A stretch of 63,661 nt of DNA, filler included, from Octopus bimaculoides (GCF_001194135.2; 5 parts of 5 records of this genome joined end to end with filler, not necessarily neighbours in it), one strand, 5' to 3'; counted from the first letter of the whole stretch, positions 24,400-38,124 are shown. Numbers and translations are program-made. The notes: generated by a model not told the origin, from the sequence alone.

Positions 24400-24487
24400 C
24401 TATTGTACTACTTCCGGCAGATGGTCTCTGTATTTTATGGTTAATATCGTTATTGTTGCACTCGGTGTTGTCAAATAAGTTGAACAA
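24400..24487 (-). CDS. Candidate minus-strand gene, internal exon (LFNLFDNTECNNNDINHKIQRPSAGSSTI)
   Basis: Acceptor (ttg)n-tag, donor TAG|GTGCGG. Only one frame is open (phase 0 to 1), and it matches the phase of the 34225 exon. Confidence 0.45.
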
Positions 24488-25340
24488 CTACAACAACAAC
24501 AACAACAACAATATACTCCACACGGACGCAGTGTTGTCTACAGGCGAAATCGAAAGGGTTGCACTACATGTTTGTTTGTTTGTCGTTGATTTCGTGGAGG
24601 GATCCATGTGTGTGTAAAGTTCATGATCTTGAATTGCAAGGACGGATGATTATCAAGGATTAACGGAAATCCACTTGACCTGTAAGCAGGAGTGTATTAA
24701 CACCGGTGAAATTTTGAACTCGGATCTGTAAAGGAAGAAAACAAATATATTCATAAATTGGATTAAATTTTCATTTATCGACAACTGTTTGCATCTGGCT
24801 TCGGAATTATTCATACCACCACATCGATACTCGCTGTTATTGTACTAATCACATTGTACAACATATTGTTAGTTCTGTTACTAACATACGCTCTCACACA
24901 CACACATACACAAACGCAAACACGGATAGACGCACACATACACAAACACAAACGTACACAAAGAAATGCACAATCACAAAATCACACACTTGAGCAAGTA
25001 GTCGCAGTAATACACACGAACTGACACACGCACTGACAACACGCACTCCACTGACACACGCACTGACACGCTGACGTATTTCTGAAAACTGAAGTAAATC
25101 TGATAATTAAATCCCCAAAGAATATAATCGCAAATATACAGATGCCTACAATCATAAACATACATATTCATATTCATACATAGGTACATACAAGCACATA
25201 TATATACATATACATATATACGTACGTATATATACATATATATATATATACATAGACGCGAAACAAGGCACACATATAGACGCGATTTGAGATTAATATC
25301 TCGAATGAATGATACAAAAATATAACAAACTTAGGAGAAA

Positions 25341-25790
25341 ATGGCGGAAACAAGAATTTCTCAAGTAAATTTAGTGGAATGTATACCAAAAGATGTAGAA
25401 CTCAGCTTCATTGATCTTGGAGATGGAAATACCCAAACGAAAAAGAAAATACCGAAAAGGATATTACATTTTAGTGACGGTGTCATTGAAGAATATTCTT
25501 CCTCAGAAGACGAACAAACCAGCTGTGATGACAGCAAATCTCCTTTAGTACCACCAAAGTCGTTTGATCCACGATCTCCAACGATTTTACCATGGATTTG
25601 GTTTTATTTGACAGTTGCTTTTCGGAAATCTTTAAAAACTGCTGAGATGTGTGGTGAGAAACTAGGATGGGCGCTAGGTATAACCAGCCCTAAGTATCAA
25701 TATGCCATAGACGAATATAATCGGCGGAAAAAGGAAGAAGAAGCTGCTATTATAAAAAGACAACAGGAAGGGCAGCAGGGAAAATTTTAG
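25341..25790 (+). CDS. FAM177A1: FAM177A1-family protein, intronless, 149 aa
   Basis: Family motifs PKRILHFSDGVIEEYSSSEDE, DP....PWIWFY and GEKLGWALGITSPKYQYAIDEYNRRKKEEE; uninterrupted ORF with aaaATGG start. Confidence 0.88.
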   Translation: MAETRISQVNLVECIPKDVELSFIDLGDGNTQTKKKIPKRILHFSDGVIEEYSSSEDEQTSCDDSKSPLVPPKSFDPRSPTILPWIWFYLTVAFRKSLKTAEMCGEKLGWALGITSPKYQYAIDEYNRRKKEEEAAIIKRQQEGQQGKF

Positions 25791-25874
25791 ACAAACTCCA
25801 TGATAACTCGGGTTGTGCTAAAACTCTCTTACCTTACACTCGGAGAAGTGAATATATGGATATGTGAATTGTAA

Positions 25875-25927
<53 letters not shown>

Positions 25928-26212
25928 GGCATGGAGAGATAAACCTATGATTTAATTTAAAGACTGTGTATTTGTGTTTATGTTCTTTTACAGCAAAGTT
26001 TTGAAAACAATCAGTCAGGTTTGCCATATATCTTATATACATACATACATACATACTTACATACATACATACATATAAATACACATACATGCATACTATT
26101 ATATATATGTGTAGGTATATATATGTGTATATAAATATATACATACACATATATATATATATATATATACATACATACATATATACATACAAATACACAT
26201 ACATGCATACAT

Positions 26213-26249
<37 letters not shown>

Positions 26250-26470
26250 TAATAACACGAAGATGGAGGGTGTTAGGCTTTCATAGTAAATCACATTTGT
26301 TGTCAGCACTGCATACCAGCTTAAAGCTGCTGAACCTATATTCATAATATACCATTATACAAAATTATTCTGTATAATTACTATATAGTTGGATATTCTT
26401 CAGCAACAACCGTGTGTGGGCGCATCATAGGGTAGGTCGGTATGTATTTATGAATACAAAAATCAAATGA

Positions 26471-26505
<35 letters not shown>

Positions 26506-26515
26506 NNNNNNNNNN

Positions 26516-26554
<39 letters not shown>

Positions 26555-26874
26555 CCAATCTGTATAGATAAAGTACAATTTGAACTTCAATCGCAGAGTT
26601 AATTTAGTATTCATACTTGTGTATACATGTATATATACATACACATAGCCCCACCTATGCCATCATCGAAAACGGATGTTAACTGATGAAGATGGTGCTG
26701 ACACGTTTAGATATTATACATGCAAACTTATGCATATGCACTACTGCATATGTATATAAAATAGCACATATTTTGTTATATATCCTGTTCTTTTTACGTA
26801 TTTAATTCTGTAAATTATACTGATGTTCCATTCGATGTGTTTATATGTACATATATAATTTTATATATTTACAA

Positions 26875-27095
26875 TGGACCTCAGTCTTTGTCGACGATGG
26901 TCGTGAGTTGCTTTAATTTGTTGGTCTACCTACGCGTTAAATTAACGTGTGAGCGGCCGCAACAATGGGATCTAGTGTGTGACAAATCTGGACTTTCATT
27001 TACAGGAAAGATATTATTACCCGGGCTTCCACATAATTTCATCAATCAGTTTTGGCTACCACGTAGTCGGATCGAACCTACGACCTCGTGATTCT
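26875..27095 (-). mobile_element. tRNA-derived SINE, degenerate (family D-related)
   Basis: Minus-strand head gaggtcgtaggttcgatcc and tail cacgttaatttaacg...ccatcgtcgac, similar to the 18270 copy. Confidence 0.4.
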
Positions 27096-27334
27096 TCGTA
27101 CTATTCCGTGGTTGCCTCGTCAACACTTGGCATATGATTTGTAATTTTATATGCATGCGTGTGTATGTCTATGTATATATTTGTGTATGTGTATGTCTCT
27201 ACGTACATGTGTTTGTGTATGTGTGTGTGTATTTATGCATGTGTGTGAGTTTGCGTGTTTATGTACTTATGCGTGACGTTTTTAACCTGCATAAATTATG
27301 TTTTTGCTACTAGGCAGCAACGCATGCGTATACA

Positions 27335-27403
<69 letters not shown>

Positions 27404-29063
27404 ACACAGGAGCACACACATTGATACATATATGTATAAATATAATCAAATATATACACATATGCACATACGTATATATACATAATGAAATTCTTATTAA
27501 CTTCATCACCATCTCTACCATCCACCACCACCTCCACTGCCATGTATATATGTGTGTGTACAGTATATATGTATGTATATGTGTGTATATATATACACAC
27601 ACATACACACACACATATATATATGGACAGATATAAATATATAGATACATATATACATACATACCTACAAACAAACAAACACACACACATGCATGCATAC
27701 TTACAAATAAAAATACTCTGTTGTTGATGTTGAAGTTCCAATGAAGTAGCCTTGAATGTAGGTTAGAAACCGGTTCTTTCTCTATCGGCGAAAATCTTGA
27801 AATAAAAACTGACCAATGACATACATACATACATGCATACATAATATATATATGTANNNNNNNNNNNNNNNNNNNNNNNNNNNNNNNNNNNNNNNNNNNN
27901 NNNNNNNNNNNNNNNNNNNNNNNNNNNNNNNNNNNNNNNNNNNNNNNNNNNNNNNNNNNNNNNNNNNNNNNNNNNNNNNNNNNNNNNNNNNNNNNNNNNN
28001 NNNNNNNNNNNNNNNNNNNNNNNNNNNNNNNNNNNNNNNNNNNNNNNNNNNNNNNNNNNNNNNNNNNNNNNNNNNNNNNNNNNNNNNNNNNNNNNNNNNN
28101 NNNNNNNNNNNNNNNNNNNNNNNNNNNNNNNNNNNNNNNNNNNNNNNNNNNNNNNNNNNNNNNNNNNNNNNNNNNNNNNNNNNNNNNNNNNNNNNNNNNN
28201 NNNNNNNNNNNNNNNNATATATATATATATATATATAATTATGTGTATTTCTTCTAGCTTAATGAATAAAAATTCTTCTGATAGAATAAATGGGTTAATA
28301 GAAACCAATGTAGCAAAGAACACAAAATAACTGTGGTTTAGTTCCTGTTTTTAAGGCAGGAACTCCTTGAAATTTTGGGTATTTGAGTATATTTAAGAAT
28401 TTAAGGAATGGAGAAAACGCATGTTATATATATATATACCGTCGTTTGTGCGTAGGTATCAATGTAAATGTGTGTATGTAAAGGAAATGTCGACATTGCT
28501 GCATAACTGGAACGGTTATTGGGAAAGTTGATGGAATAAAATATGAAATTGAAAGTCTTAAATTCTTCTCAAAATTCCTTGAAGCTCCTGAAATATGAAA
28601 AATCTCTTAAAAACCTTGTATTGTGTTTCTTTAATCCACGTTGTCCATTATCTTCATTGTCACCGTCGTCGTTATCATTATCACAGTCATTTGCCTCATC
28701 AACATCACCACCGCCACCGCCCCCGCCATCAAAACTGCCGCCACCGCTTTCGCCATACCACCATACCATCATCAAATCCTTATAATCTTCAACATCGTCT
28801 TTACTCTCCGCCACCACCTCCACTGCCATCTACATATGTATGTGTGTGTGTGTATGTATACGGCATATATGTATATATATATAATCATGTATATATATAT
28901 ATAGGTACGTAATACACATACGCACATATACAGGCACATGCACACACACGAACACGCATTGCCACACGCACCATTTAGCATGCTTCTTATCATTTCAATG
29001 GACTCTCATAAACAACACACAATTCTTTAGATATTTGTTGTTGTTGTTGTTGTTGTTATTTTT

Positions 29064-29225
29064 AGGCGGCGAGCCGTCAGAATCATTAGCACGCTCTGAG
29101 ATCAAATTCCGCCGAGGTCGACTTTGCCTTTCATCCTTTCGGGATCGATAAATAAAGTACCAGTGCAGCACTGGGGTCGATGTAATCGACTAATCCCCCT
29201 CCACCAAATTTCAGGTCTTGCGCCC

Positions 29226-29262
<37 letters not shown>
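29064..29262 (+). mobile_element. SINE family C copy with (ATT)n tail
   Basis: ggcggcgagc..cagaatcattagcacg..caaattccgccgaggtcgactttgcctttcatcctttcggg. Confidence 0.75.
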
Positions 29263-29264
<2 letters not shown>

Positions 29265-29265
29265 T

Positions 29266-29460
29266 AAGACGAAGAGCGCGATGCGATTGTAAGATATCTT
29301 ATTAGTTACACAATATTTCAACAGTACGTCTGTCTTTGTCAAATTCAAAATAAGAAGTGATAAAAATTCAAAATTTTGAACTTCACAAAGACAGACTTAC
29401 TGTTGAAATATCGATCAACCAATAAAATATCTATTACAATCGAATCGCGCTCTCCGTCTT
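29266..29460. mobile_element. Palindromic MITE (~195 bp, ~85-bp arms)
   Basis: Left aagacgaagagcgcgatgcgattgtaa...atatttcaacagtacgtctgtctttgt; the right arm reverse-complements to aagacggagagcgcgattcgattgtaa...atatttcaacagtaagtctgtctttgt. Confidence 0.7.
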
Positions 29461-29501
29461 GACTGTTTACCATTGTGAATAGTTACGTCAATCCTTTTTA
29501 A

Positions 29502-29570
<69 letters not shown>

Positions 29571-30224
29571 GCTACCTGTGCGGCAAATTTAACCAATTCA
29601 GTAATCAGTAAATCGTTGGATAGAATGGTTTGCATTATTTGTTAATCGTCCTGATCCTCTGCACTTTGATTTAATCCCATCAAGGTCAGCTTAACCTGTA
29701 ATCCGTCTGGGATCGATGATCGAGGTTGGTTATTTTACTGATTAGCTCATCCGCAAATTGCTGGCCTTGGTATTATGTAAGAATTAACGATGATAATTTA
29801 TGCAATAATTATGAATATCCATGACAATTTATGTAATAATTATGTTTATGTATGATAATTTTTGCAATCATTATTTAATTAGTCATCAGAGTTATCAATA
29901 TTGTCTATGCTGTACCAACAACTGCCCACGCAGAGTTTTGTCTCAAAATATGTAGGTAATGCCTCTACAAAGCGGAAGATGGATAGAAATAATAGCCACA
30001 TTTTCTTATCATGCACTATCCTCAATGAAAAATGAGGATATAAATATGTCGGGTAATGTGTGGTGCTTGTGGGTATATATAAATATATAGGGTATTGTGT
30101 GCATATATATGATACACCCACAAACATGTTCTCGCGCGCACACACGCTCACACGCACACACACACACACACATGTATATTGTATATTTTATTTGTTTCAG
30201 TACTTGGACTCCGACCATGCTGTA

Positions 30225-30520
30225 GCACAACTTTAAAGTGTCTAGTCAAATTATCAACCCATGCACTTACTTTTAAACCAGGCATTTAGACTATCGGTGT
30301 CTTTTGCTGAATCGCTAAGTTACGGGGAAAGTCGACAAACTCACACCGGTTGTCAAGCAATGATCGTGGAGAAATAATCACAGAAAGACACACACAGATA
30401 TATACATGTAGGACAGACTTCTTCTAGTTTCTGTCTACTCATTCCACTCTCAAGGCTTTGGTCGGCTCGAGATTATTGTGGAAGACAGTGGCTCAAGGTG
30501 TCATGCTGTGGGACTGAACC
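30225..30520 (-). mobile_element. SINE family A copy
   Basis: tttgtttcagt...gctaagttacgggg...caaggctttggtcggctcgag...gtgggactgaacc. Confidence 0.6.
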
Positions 30521-30641
30521 TTCGTGTTGGTTGGTTGGTCTATTTTGTATATTTTATATGTCCAGAACAATCTTCACTAAGCTTCACGCTGGCAAATAAA
30601 ATCCTTTATTGCCTTTCATAAGTTTTTATGTGTACCTTGTG

Positions 30642-31070
30642 TTAATGCATAAGAGTGAGGCATGGTCCGTAACATCAGAAATGAGAAGGCGCTCGGAGAG
30701 CTGGGGAATGAGGTTTTTAAGGAGATTATTGAGGATAACATAAACAAAGTGCTTATGAAGAAGTGATGATGATTTGGGCTCTGATAAATAGGAAACTGCT
30801 TCGTGATGAAAGGGCTAAGCAACTGAGATATCGTGATCATGTGATAAGAAAAGAGGGCGTAGAAAGTTTAACGATGACCGGAATGGGTGGAGAGGAAAGA
30901 AACAGAATGAAGGAGAGGAGGATAAGGATGTGAAACTTGATGAAGTCTTAGGAAGGAAAGAACCATTCAACACCAGGAACTGAAGCTGTTACTGAAAACA
31001 AAGAACAGAGAATTGTAGCCGGACATGTTTGCCAATGTCCTGCATTCTGTACGTGGCACTTAAAGAAGGA
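30642..31070 (+). mobile_element. RTE LINE 3' ORF fragment
   Basis: SEAWSVTSEMRRR..MRFLRRLLRI and QLRY..HVIRKEG..L.MTG; decayed. Confidence 0.55.
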
Positions 31071-31935
31071 GATTGCAGTTGAAGTAGCCATTCCCTAAAT
31101 AATGTTATCAATTCGCTTGTTTCTGTAGTTAATCTTATTAAATCCATTTAGTCTCCAGTTGATAATATTATATCTAACTCTACTAACCTCAATATTCTTA
31201 AATCTATTCTCCTTACCTTTAACATTTAGCATTGTTTTGTATACCACTTTAACGAATCTGTAATATCGTCTCCCTCTCATTTCCTTTTATTAGTGTTTTA
31301 CATAGTCAAGTTCATCGTTTCCTGTGTATTTCATAGTCGGTCCGTGTTTTAAATCTCTTACTCTTTCCATCGTTATTTAACCTAATATCGTTACATCTCA
31401 TTACTTTAAGATGCCCATAGGCTGTAATTCCAAATCACTTTTCATTTCCCGAACACCGAATACAATCTATTGTTGCAGAGTAGCAAGAGCATCCAAGTTT
31501 GCTAATTATATCACACAGATGGATACGCTATGAGTTCAAATACCCACCAGGTCGACTAGACCCATCCCTTAACTAGCCTTGTGCCAAACTTTAGGAAGAA
31601 TTATCGTTATTGATGATGTTGATGTGTTTACTGCTACTTTAATTGCTGTTGTTGTTGTTTATTATGTTACCAGAAGGCAACGGCAAGAAGTGTCTATGGT
31701 TTGGTAGCCAGGCCAGTGCTAATAGTCTAAGAGTAGGCTTCCTAGAAATGTCAGTTTGTGCACCAGACTCATTCATCTTTGTGGAGGAAGCGACTAAATT
31801 ACACCAAAGTCATTTATCTTTATATAATAAATGATGGAACCAAAATAGTCATGTATATCCATATCACCATTAGCTGCTCTACAATTACTTCCCACTATAG
31901 ACTGTTCACAAAGTTTGACCATAAATAATATGTAA

Positions 31936-32006
<71 letters not shown>

Positions 32007-32251
32007 CTTTCTCTCTCTCTCATATNNNNNNNNNNNNNNNNNNNNNNNNNNNNNNNNNNNNNNNNNNNNNNNNNNNNNNNNNNNNNNNNNNNNNNNNNNN
32101 NNNNNNNNNNNNNNNNNNNNNNNNNNNNNNNNNNNNNNNNNNNNNNNNNNNNNNNNNNNNNNNNNNNNNNNNNNNNNNNNNNNNNNNNNNNNNNNNNNNN
32201 NNNNNNNNNNNNNNNNNNNNNNNNNNNNNNNNNNNNNNNNNNNNNNNNNNN

Positions 32252-32282
<31 letters not shown>

Positions 32283-32878
32283 ATGTATGTATATATGCAT
32301 GTGTGTATGTATAAATGTATATATGGTAAAAAGAAGTTTATATCTACGCATGAAAGGATACAGAAAAGTTAGTTTTGTGATTAAAAATGCATCTGAGTTT
32401 GAAAATGAATTCTAAATTAAAATTATTTGACAAAGTTATCAAAATACCATACCGGTTTCAAAGAAATTTCCAAAGTTGGTGAGAGGTCGAAGATACAAGA
32501 GATAATTGTAAAACAGGGTGAAAAAACCAAATGTTCAAATTAATTCAAATATCGATTACATTTCACAGTAATAGAAAATAATAAACTTTCAGTAGTTTCC
32601 AAAGCAATAAGTTGTATAAATCAATATATACGACGAAGTTTTAAAAGAAACAGAAAAACAAACCCAGAAAATTACAATTTCTGCCGTAGATCATGAAAGG
32701 GAATCATTGGTCGTTGGTTTATGCTGGTGAAAAATTCAACTATTTTAAATTGATGTTGCTTTGTGTGTGTATGTGCATATGGACTGTGTTTCAGAGGTGA
32801 TAGTGTTACACTGTGTATTTGTTTTTAAATGTGNNNNNNNNNNNNNNNNNNNNNNNNNNNNNNNNNNNNNNNNNNNNN

Positions 32879-32914
<36 letters not shown>

Positions 32915-33078
32915 ATAAGAGATACACTGTATCCGATACCAAGAAAATATCATGTCCATTAGAGTAGATATGACAACTACAGTCAGAACAGTGGCCACAC
33001 ATTACAACTGTGGAAGACACCACATTATAAATCTTACTTTATATATACACACACACATATGTATGTATATACATATAT

Positions 33079-33130
<52 letters not shown>

Positions 33131-33477
33131 GAAAAAGAAAGAAAGAAAGAAGTAAAATGTGTGTTCGTGAGGGAGAGACACAAAGTGAGAAAGACAGATC
33201 TACAAAGAAAGAAAGAGAAGAGCGAGGAAGACGACAGATACATTCTACATACACAAAAGTTGACACCCACAGGCTAAAATATATATACAAGCTTGTATCT
33301 AAAGATATGTATGGACTTGTGTTTGCGACTATGGTGGTAAACGAAGATTTTGAAGAACTAATGGAAAAATTAACTTTATTACAGATATATCTAGATAATA
33401 TCATCAGCAACTTCAATAAAAAGAGTCAGCATGCTTTTAGCCACACTTACTTGAAATGAATATAATTATTGTTTAGG

Positions 33478-33700
33478 ATAAATATTGGTCTCAAATGTTG
33501 GAACAAGACCAGCGATTAAGAGGGAGGAGGCTGGTTGGTGCCACGGACCACCGTGTTTGTCTGCTACTTATTTTATCGGTAGAATAAAAGGCAATGTCGA
33601 TCTGGGCGAAATTTGACCTCAGAACTTAAAGACGGACGAAATGTCGTTAAGCATTGTCCCTGGAGCGCTAACGCTTCTGCCAGCTCGCTGCCTTCTTGTT
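33478..33700 (-). mobile_element. SINE family C copy
   Basis: aaaggcaatgtcgatctgggcgaaatttgacctcagaacttaaagacggacgaaatg...gcttctgccagctcgctgcc. Confidence 0.65.
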
Positions 33701-34224
33701 TGGATAAATGTTAAGAGCTTTCATTGCTTAATGTCATACTGTTGAGTACAATAAATTGAAATATTCAGGATAAATGTACCAAGAGGGAAGAATTTCTGAA
33801 GAAACCCCGAAATTTCCAATAGTGAAAGAGTATGGTTAAATGTTGTAGGGTGATGTAGTTATACAGGACGCATTGTAACCCTGTTATGGAACCAACCAAT
33901 ATTTTAAACATCATATACAAGAACTCAAAGGTACATAAAATAACGCCAAAATCACCAAAGACCAAACAACCTAATGATAAGTCTTAACTTCACACGAGCC
34001 TCGTTATACAGTGCTTCCTCGACTATCGCGTTACGTTCCAAAACTTATCACAGATATAATCAAGATCTAAAAGTATATACATGACTATCGGCCACAGAAA
34101 GCCGGATATACTGAAGAGTCTGCGATATAAATTTACATATATTAGCCATCAAAATCCGCGATGTACAGAGTGCGCGATGCTCTTGCAGTGACTTTTGGTT
34201 GGTAATAATGGTACTAATACTTAC

Positions 34225-34282
34225 TTCAGTCTGGGTCTTATTGTCTACCTGGTTTCTGAAATCTGTATTGACTTGCGTAATG
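34225..34282 (-). CDS. Candidate minus-strand gene, 58-nt exon (ITQVNTDFRNQVDNKTQTE)
   Basis: Consensus acceptor tttcttctctattcctag and donor GAA|GTAAGT. Only one frame is open (phase 2 to 0). Confidence 0.55.
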
Positions 34283-34752
34283 CTAGGAATAGAGAAGAAA
34301 TGGGGCTGCTTAGTTTATTTCTTTTAAAATTTACTGTGGAATGTTGAAAGGATTGATAATGAGGAACAGATCAATACAGGGCAAGAAGGAAATCATTTGG
34401 GATACATTACAGGGAAGTGACAATGCAACAGAGCAAAGAGCATTTGGTTTTAGAGATTTGCCAAACATCTATTAACGTAAGAGATAAAATTCTACGACAG
34501 ATAGAAGCATTTCCACCAACTCTGTCGAAGACGGAGTCTCGGCATGATTGCCCTGTTCGTTAGAAAGAGCAATCAGATCACCCTCAGAAAACATACCAAA
34601 AGTTTTTAATACAAACGAAAAGGCATTAGATAACAAAAAAGGTCTACAAAAACCTAAAAAGCAAAAGAAAAAAAAAGGAAAGTCTGATCATAACTGAATT
34701 TACATAATTCATAGGCCCACTCAAATAGGCTGACCTGGGGTTGAAAGCAACA

Positions 34753-34940
<188 letters not shown>

Positions 34941-35921
34941 AGCGGCAATGCCAAAGGCAACAGCGGCATCAACAATTGCAACAATGGTGACACCGTGATT
35001 CTCTCATGTCACTGCAAAAAACGACACCTGCGAAGGTATTTGGTTGAGAAACCACAAAAATCATTCTATATTCTGGTTATTGCTTCACATCCATAACTAT
35101 AATATTTGCTGTACTTAATGACCCCAGCAGAAATATAATTTGGTAACCTTGAAGAATTTGTGTTGTGGAGCATGTGAACATATTGCTTCATTCATGATTG
35201 GTTTATTCCAATCTGAAGTCAGCGAAGCGAAAATATTCAAAGAGATTTGTTATACGTAGGTAGGTACGTGACTTTTACACAAATAACTGTATAATCTTGC
35301 TGCCTAGATTCAAATGTTGGATCTCTGTTTTGTTAATAAGAGACCGGTTCTCAGCATACGGGAGGCATTCAAAGTATATAAACAGACCATACACAGACAC
35401 GTTTATAACTACATCATGGGTGTGTATTCATGTATACACACACATATATATATATGCATATGTGTGTATGGGTGTGTGTGTATAAACACGTACTCCTGTG
35501 TGTATATATAATGATTATTTTATGCATCTGTTTATCGGGAAACGCATAAGCATATTTGCATAATAAAATTATCTTCACAGATACACTTACATACAGTCAC
35601 GTGTATACATCCACACATATACATACATATATGTATGTAAGTATATATATATATATATATATATATATNNNNNNNNNNNNNNNNNNNNNNNNNNNNNNNN
35701 NNNNNNNNNNNNNNNNNNNNNNNNNNNNNNNNNNNNNNNNNNNNNNNNNNNNNNNNNNNNNNNNNNNNNNNNNNNNNNNNNNNNNNNNNNNNNNNNNNNN
35801 NNNNNNNNNNNNNNNNNNNNNNNNNNNNNNNNNNNNNNNNNNNNNNNNNNNNNNNNNNNNNNNNNNNNNNNNNNNNNNNNNNNNNNNNNNNNNNNNNNNN
35901 NNNNNNNNNNNNNNNNNNNNN

Positions 35922-35962
<41 letters not shown>

Positions 35963-36178
35963 GTATATATATATACCTATACATGCATGTATACGCATGC
36001 GTGTGTATGAATTATATAAAGCATAATAGCTTTCCGTTCCATTAAGTACTTTTATCGGTTAATCGAACTCGGTAATGTTTCTGCTAAAATAGATAAAATA
36101 TCGGTAAAAGAGCTGAATATCCGGGGTTTTACTGGTTCCCATAGCATAACAATTAACGCCATAACTGTGTACAATTAC

Positions 36179-36206
36179 CTCTGTAAACCATAGGGATTCA
36201 CAATGG
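36179..36206 (-). CDS. Candidate minus-strand gene, 28-nt microexon (IVNPYGLQ)
   Basis: Acceptor ctgttccctgttttacag, donor GAG|GTAATT; phase 1 to 2 fits both neighbouring exons. Confidence 0.5.
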
Positions 36207-36325
36207 CTGTAAAACAGGGAACAGACCGATGAAGTTCTATAGCGAATGGCGATAATGAGAAATGTTTTATTTACTGTGCCTTATCAAACATCATATGAAT
36301 GTTTATAAGTTTCATTAGCTAGTGT

Positions 36326-36371
<46 letters not shown>

Positions 36372-36479
36372 CTTTTACAATTATTATATACGTCCATATA
36401 CAAATATATATCTAACTTAGGTACATACATATGTATGTATCTGTCAGATATATGTATACGATTATAAATGCATATAAAC

Positions 36480-36582
<103 letters not shown>

Positions 36583-37574
36583 CATAAATACATATAAATT
36601 TACGTATACATGTTTATATACACACATATACCTCGAACCTGATAGCAGAGTTCATCATGCACATATAATTCTGCATGCATACATGCATACACAGACACAT
36701 GTGTATGTGTGTGTGCATGTATATATATACGTATACATACATACATACATATATATATANNNNNNNNNNNNNNNNNNNNNNNNNNNNNNNNNNNNNNNNN
36801 NNNNNNNNNNNNNNNNNNNNNNNNNNNNNNNNNNNNNNNNNNNNNNNNNNNNNNNNNNNNNNNNNNNNNNNNNNNNNNNNNNNNNNNNNNNNNNNNNNNN
36901 NNNNNNNNNNNNNNNNNNNNNNNNNNNNNNNNNNNNNNNNNNNNNNNNNNNNNNNNNNNNNNNNNNNNNNNNNNNNNNNNNNNNNNNNNNNNNNNNNNNN
37001 NNNNNNNNNNNNNNNNNNNNNNNNNNNNNNNNNNNNNNNNNNNNNNNNNNNNNNNNNNNNNNNNNNNNNNNNNNNNNNNNNNNNNNNNNNNNNNNNNNNN
37101 NNNNNNNNNNNNNNNNNNNNNNNNTTCCTTTCTTTTTTTCTGCTACCACTCTCCGCCGCAGAACCGATCAACAGCTCTGCTCTGTGTGTAATAGGTGCAT
37201 AGAGTCTTGTTAGGGTCGTGAACAAACAGCCAGCATATTATAATGGGATTTTTTTCTTTTCTGAAGCAACTGTCTATACAAGTACATTTTCGTTCAGGTG
37301 ACATTAGAGTAGATAGACATTATTCTTGTTGTATTGCCGTTGCTTCTGCTTCTGTTGTTGTTGATGTTGTTGTTGTTTTGCTCTGGGTTAGTTTGACAGA
37401 GCGGAACTATTGAAAGACATTTCAGTCCTGTTTTCTGATCTATTTAGACTTAAAACTACATTTTCTTATGTGTCTTTTTCCGTATTTAAGTAATTACGAG
37501 TCATTATTCGAGAGATATTTGTCTGCTCTTTATAGCAAATCGACCGACCTCAAAGACTTTCAGGGTAGTGACAT

Positions 37575-37790
37575 GAACTGGCAGAACCGTTAACACGCCG
37601 GGCAAAAATGCCTAGTTATGAATTCAAATTTACGTTCTGAGTTCAAATTCTGCTGAAGCTGCTTTGACTTTCATCATTTTGGAGTCGATAAAATAAGTGC
37701 CATTTGAGTACTGTGGTCATTGTAGTCGACTTAGCCCTTCCCTCGAAATTGCTGGGAGGGGGGTGGGAGGAGGAGACAAAAGTTGAAACT
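37575..37790 (+). mobile_element. SINE family C copy
   Basis: gaactggcagaaccgttaacacgccgggc...ttctgagttcaaattctgc...gtcgataaaataagt. Confidence 0.7.
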
Positions 37791-37946
37791 TTTGTGTGTT
37801 AATTTCTGACTGTAATTCTGTATCTTCAAACGGTTTCAATTTCTCTTTGTCTTAACATATGTTTAGAATTATTTTATTCCCGTAACTTAGAGGTTTGGCA
37901 TTAGAAAACGACAGAATAAGTATAAGGCTTCAAAAATATTAATTAC

Positions 37947-37995
37947 GGGGGAGGGGACTCTTTCCACTAAAGCACTTCGAAATGGTGCCCACCAT
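37947..37995 (-). CDS. Candidate minus-strand gene, first coding part (MVGTISKCFSGKSPLP); exon 37947-38004
   Basis: Acceptor ctgtctttctcctgtttccttgattag, donor CCC|GTAATT; phase 1 continues into the microexon. The start codon assignment is inferred. Confidence 0.4.
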
Positions 37996-38124
37996 GGGCC
38001 CAGTCTAATCAAGGAAACAGGAGAAAGACAGATGAAAGACAATCCATTATGGACAATTGAAATGTATACAGCCCGCATTTCGTCCGGAGTGCTAACGAAT
38101 CTGTCAGATGAAGTTTTGTATATA

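Noticed and set aside
33157-33459. 100-aa ORF with a longin-like-looking stretch (YKLVSKDMYGLVFATMVVNEDFEELMEKL)
   Set aside because: Starts in a GA-rich repeat, has no convincing acceptor or donor, and matches no family I can recognise with confidence; a BLASTP would settle it.
35140-35205. Extra minus-strand exon candidate (WNKPIMNEAICSHAPQHKFFK); also one near 31220-31260
   Set aside because: Phases are incompatible with the neighbouring exons and the splice sites are weak.
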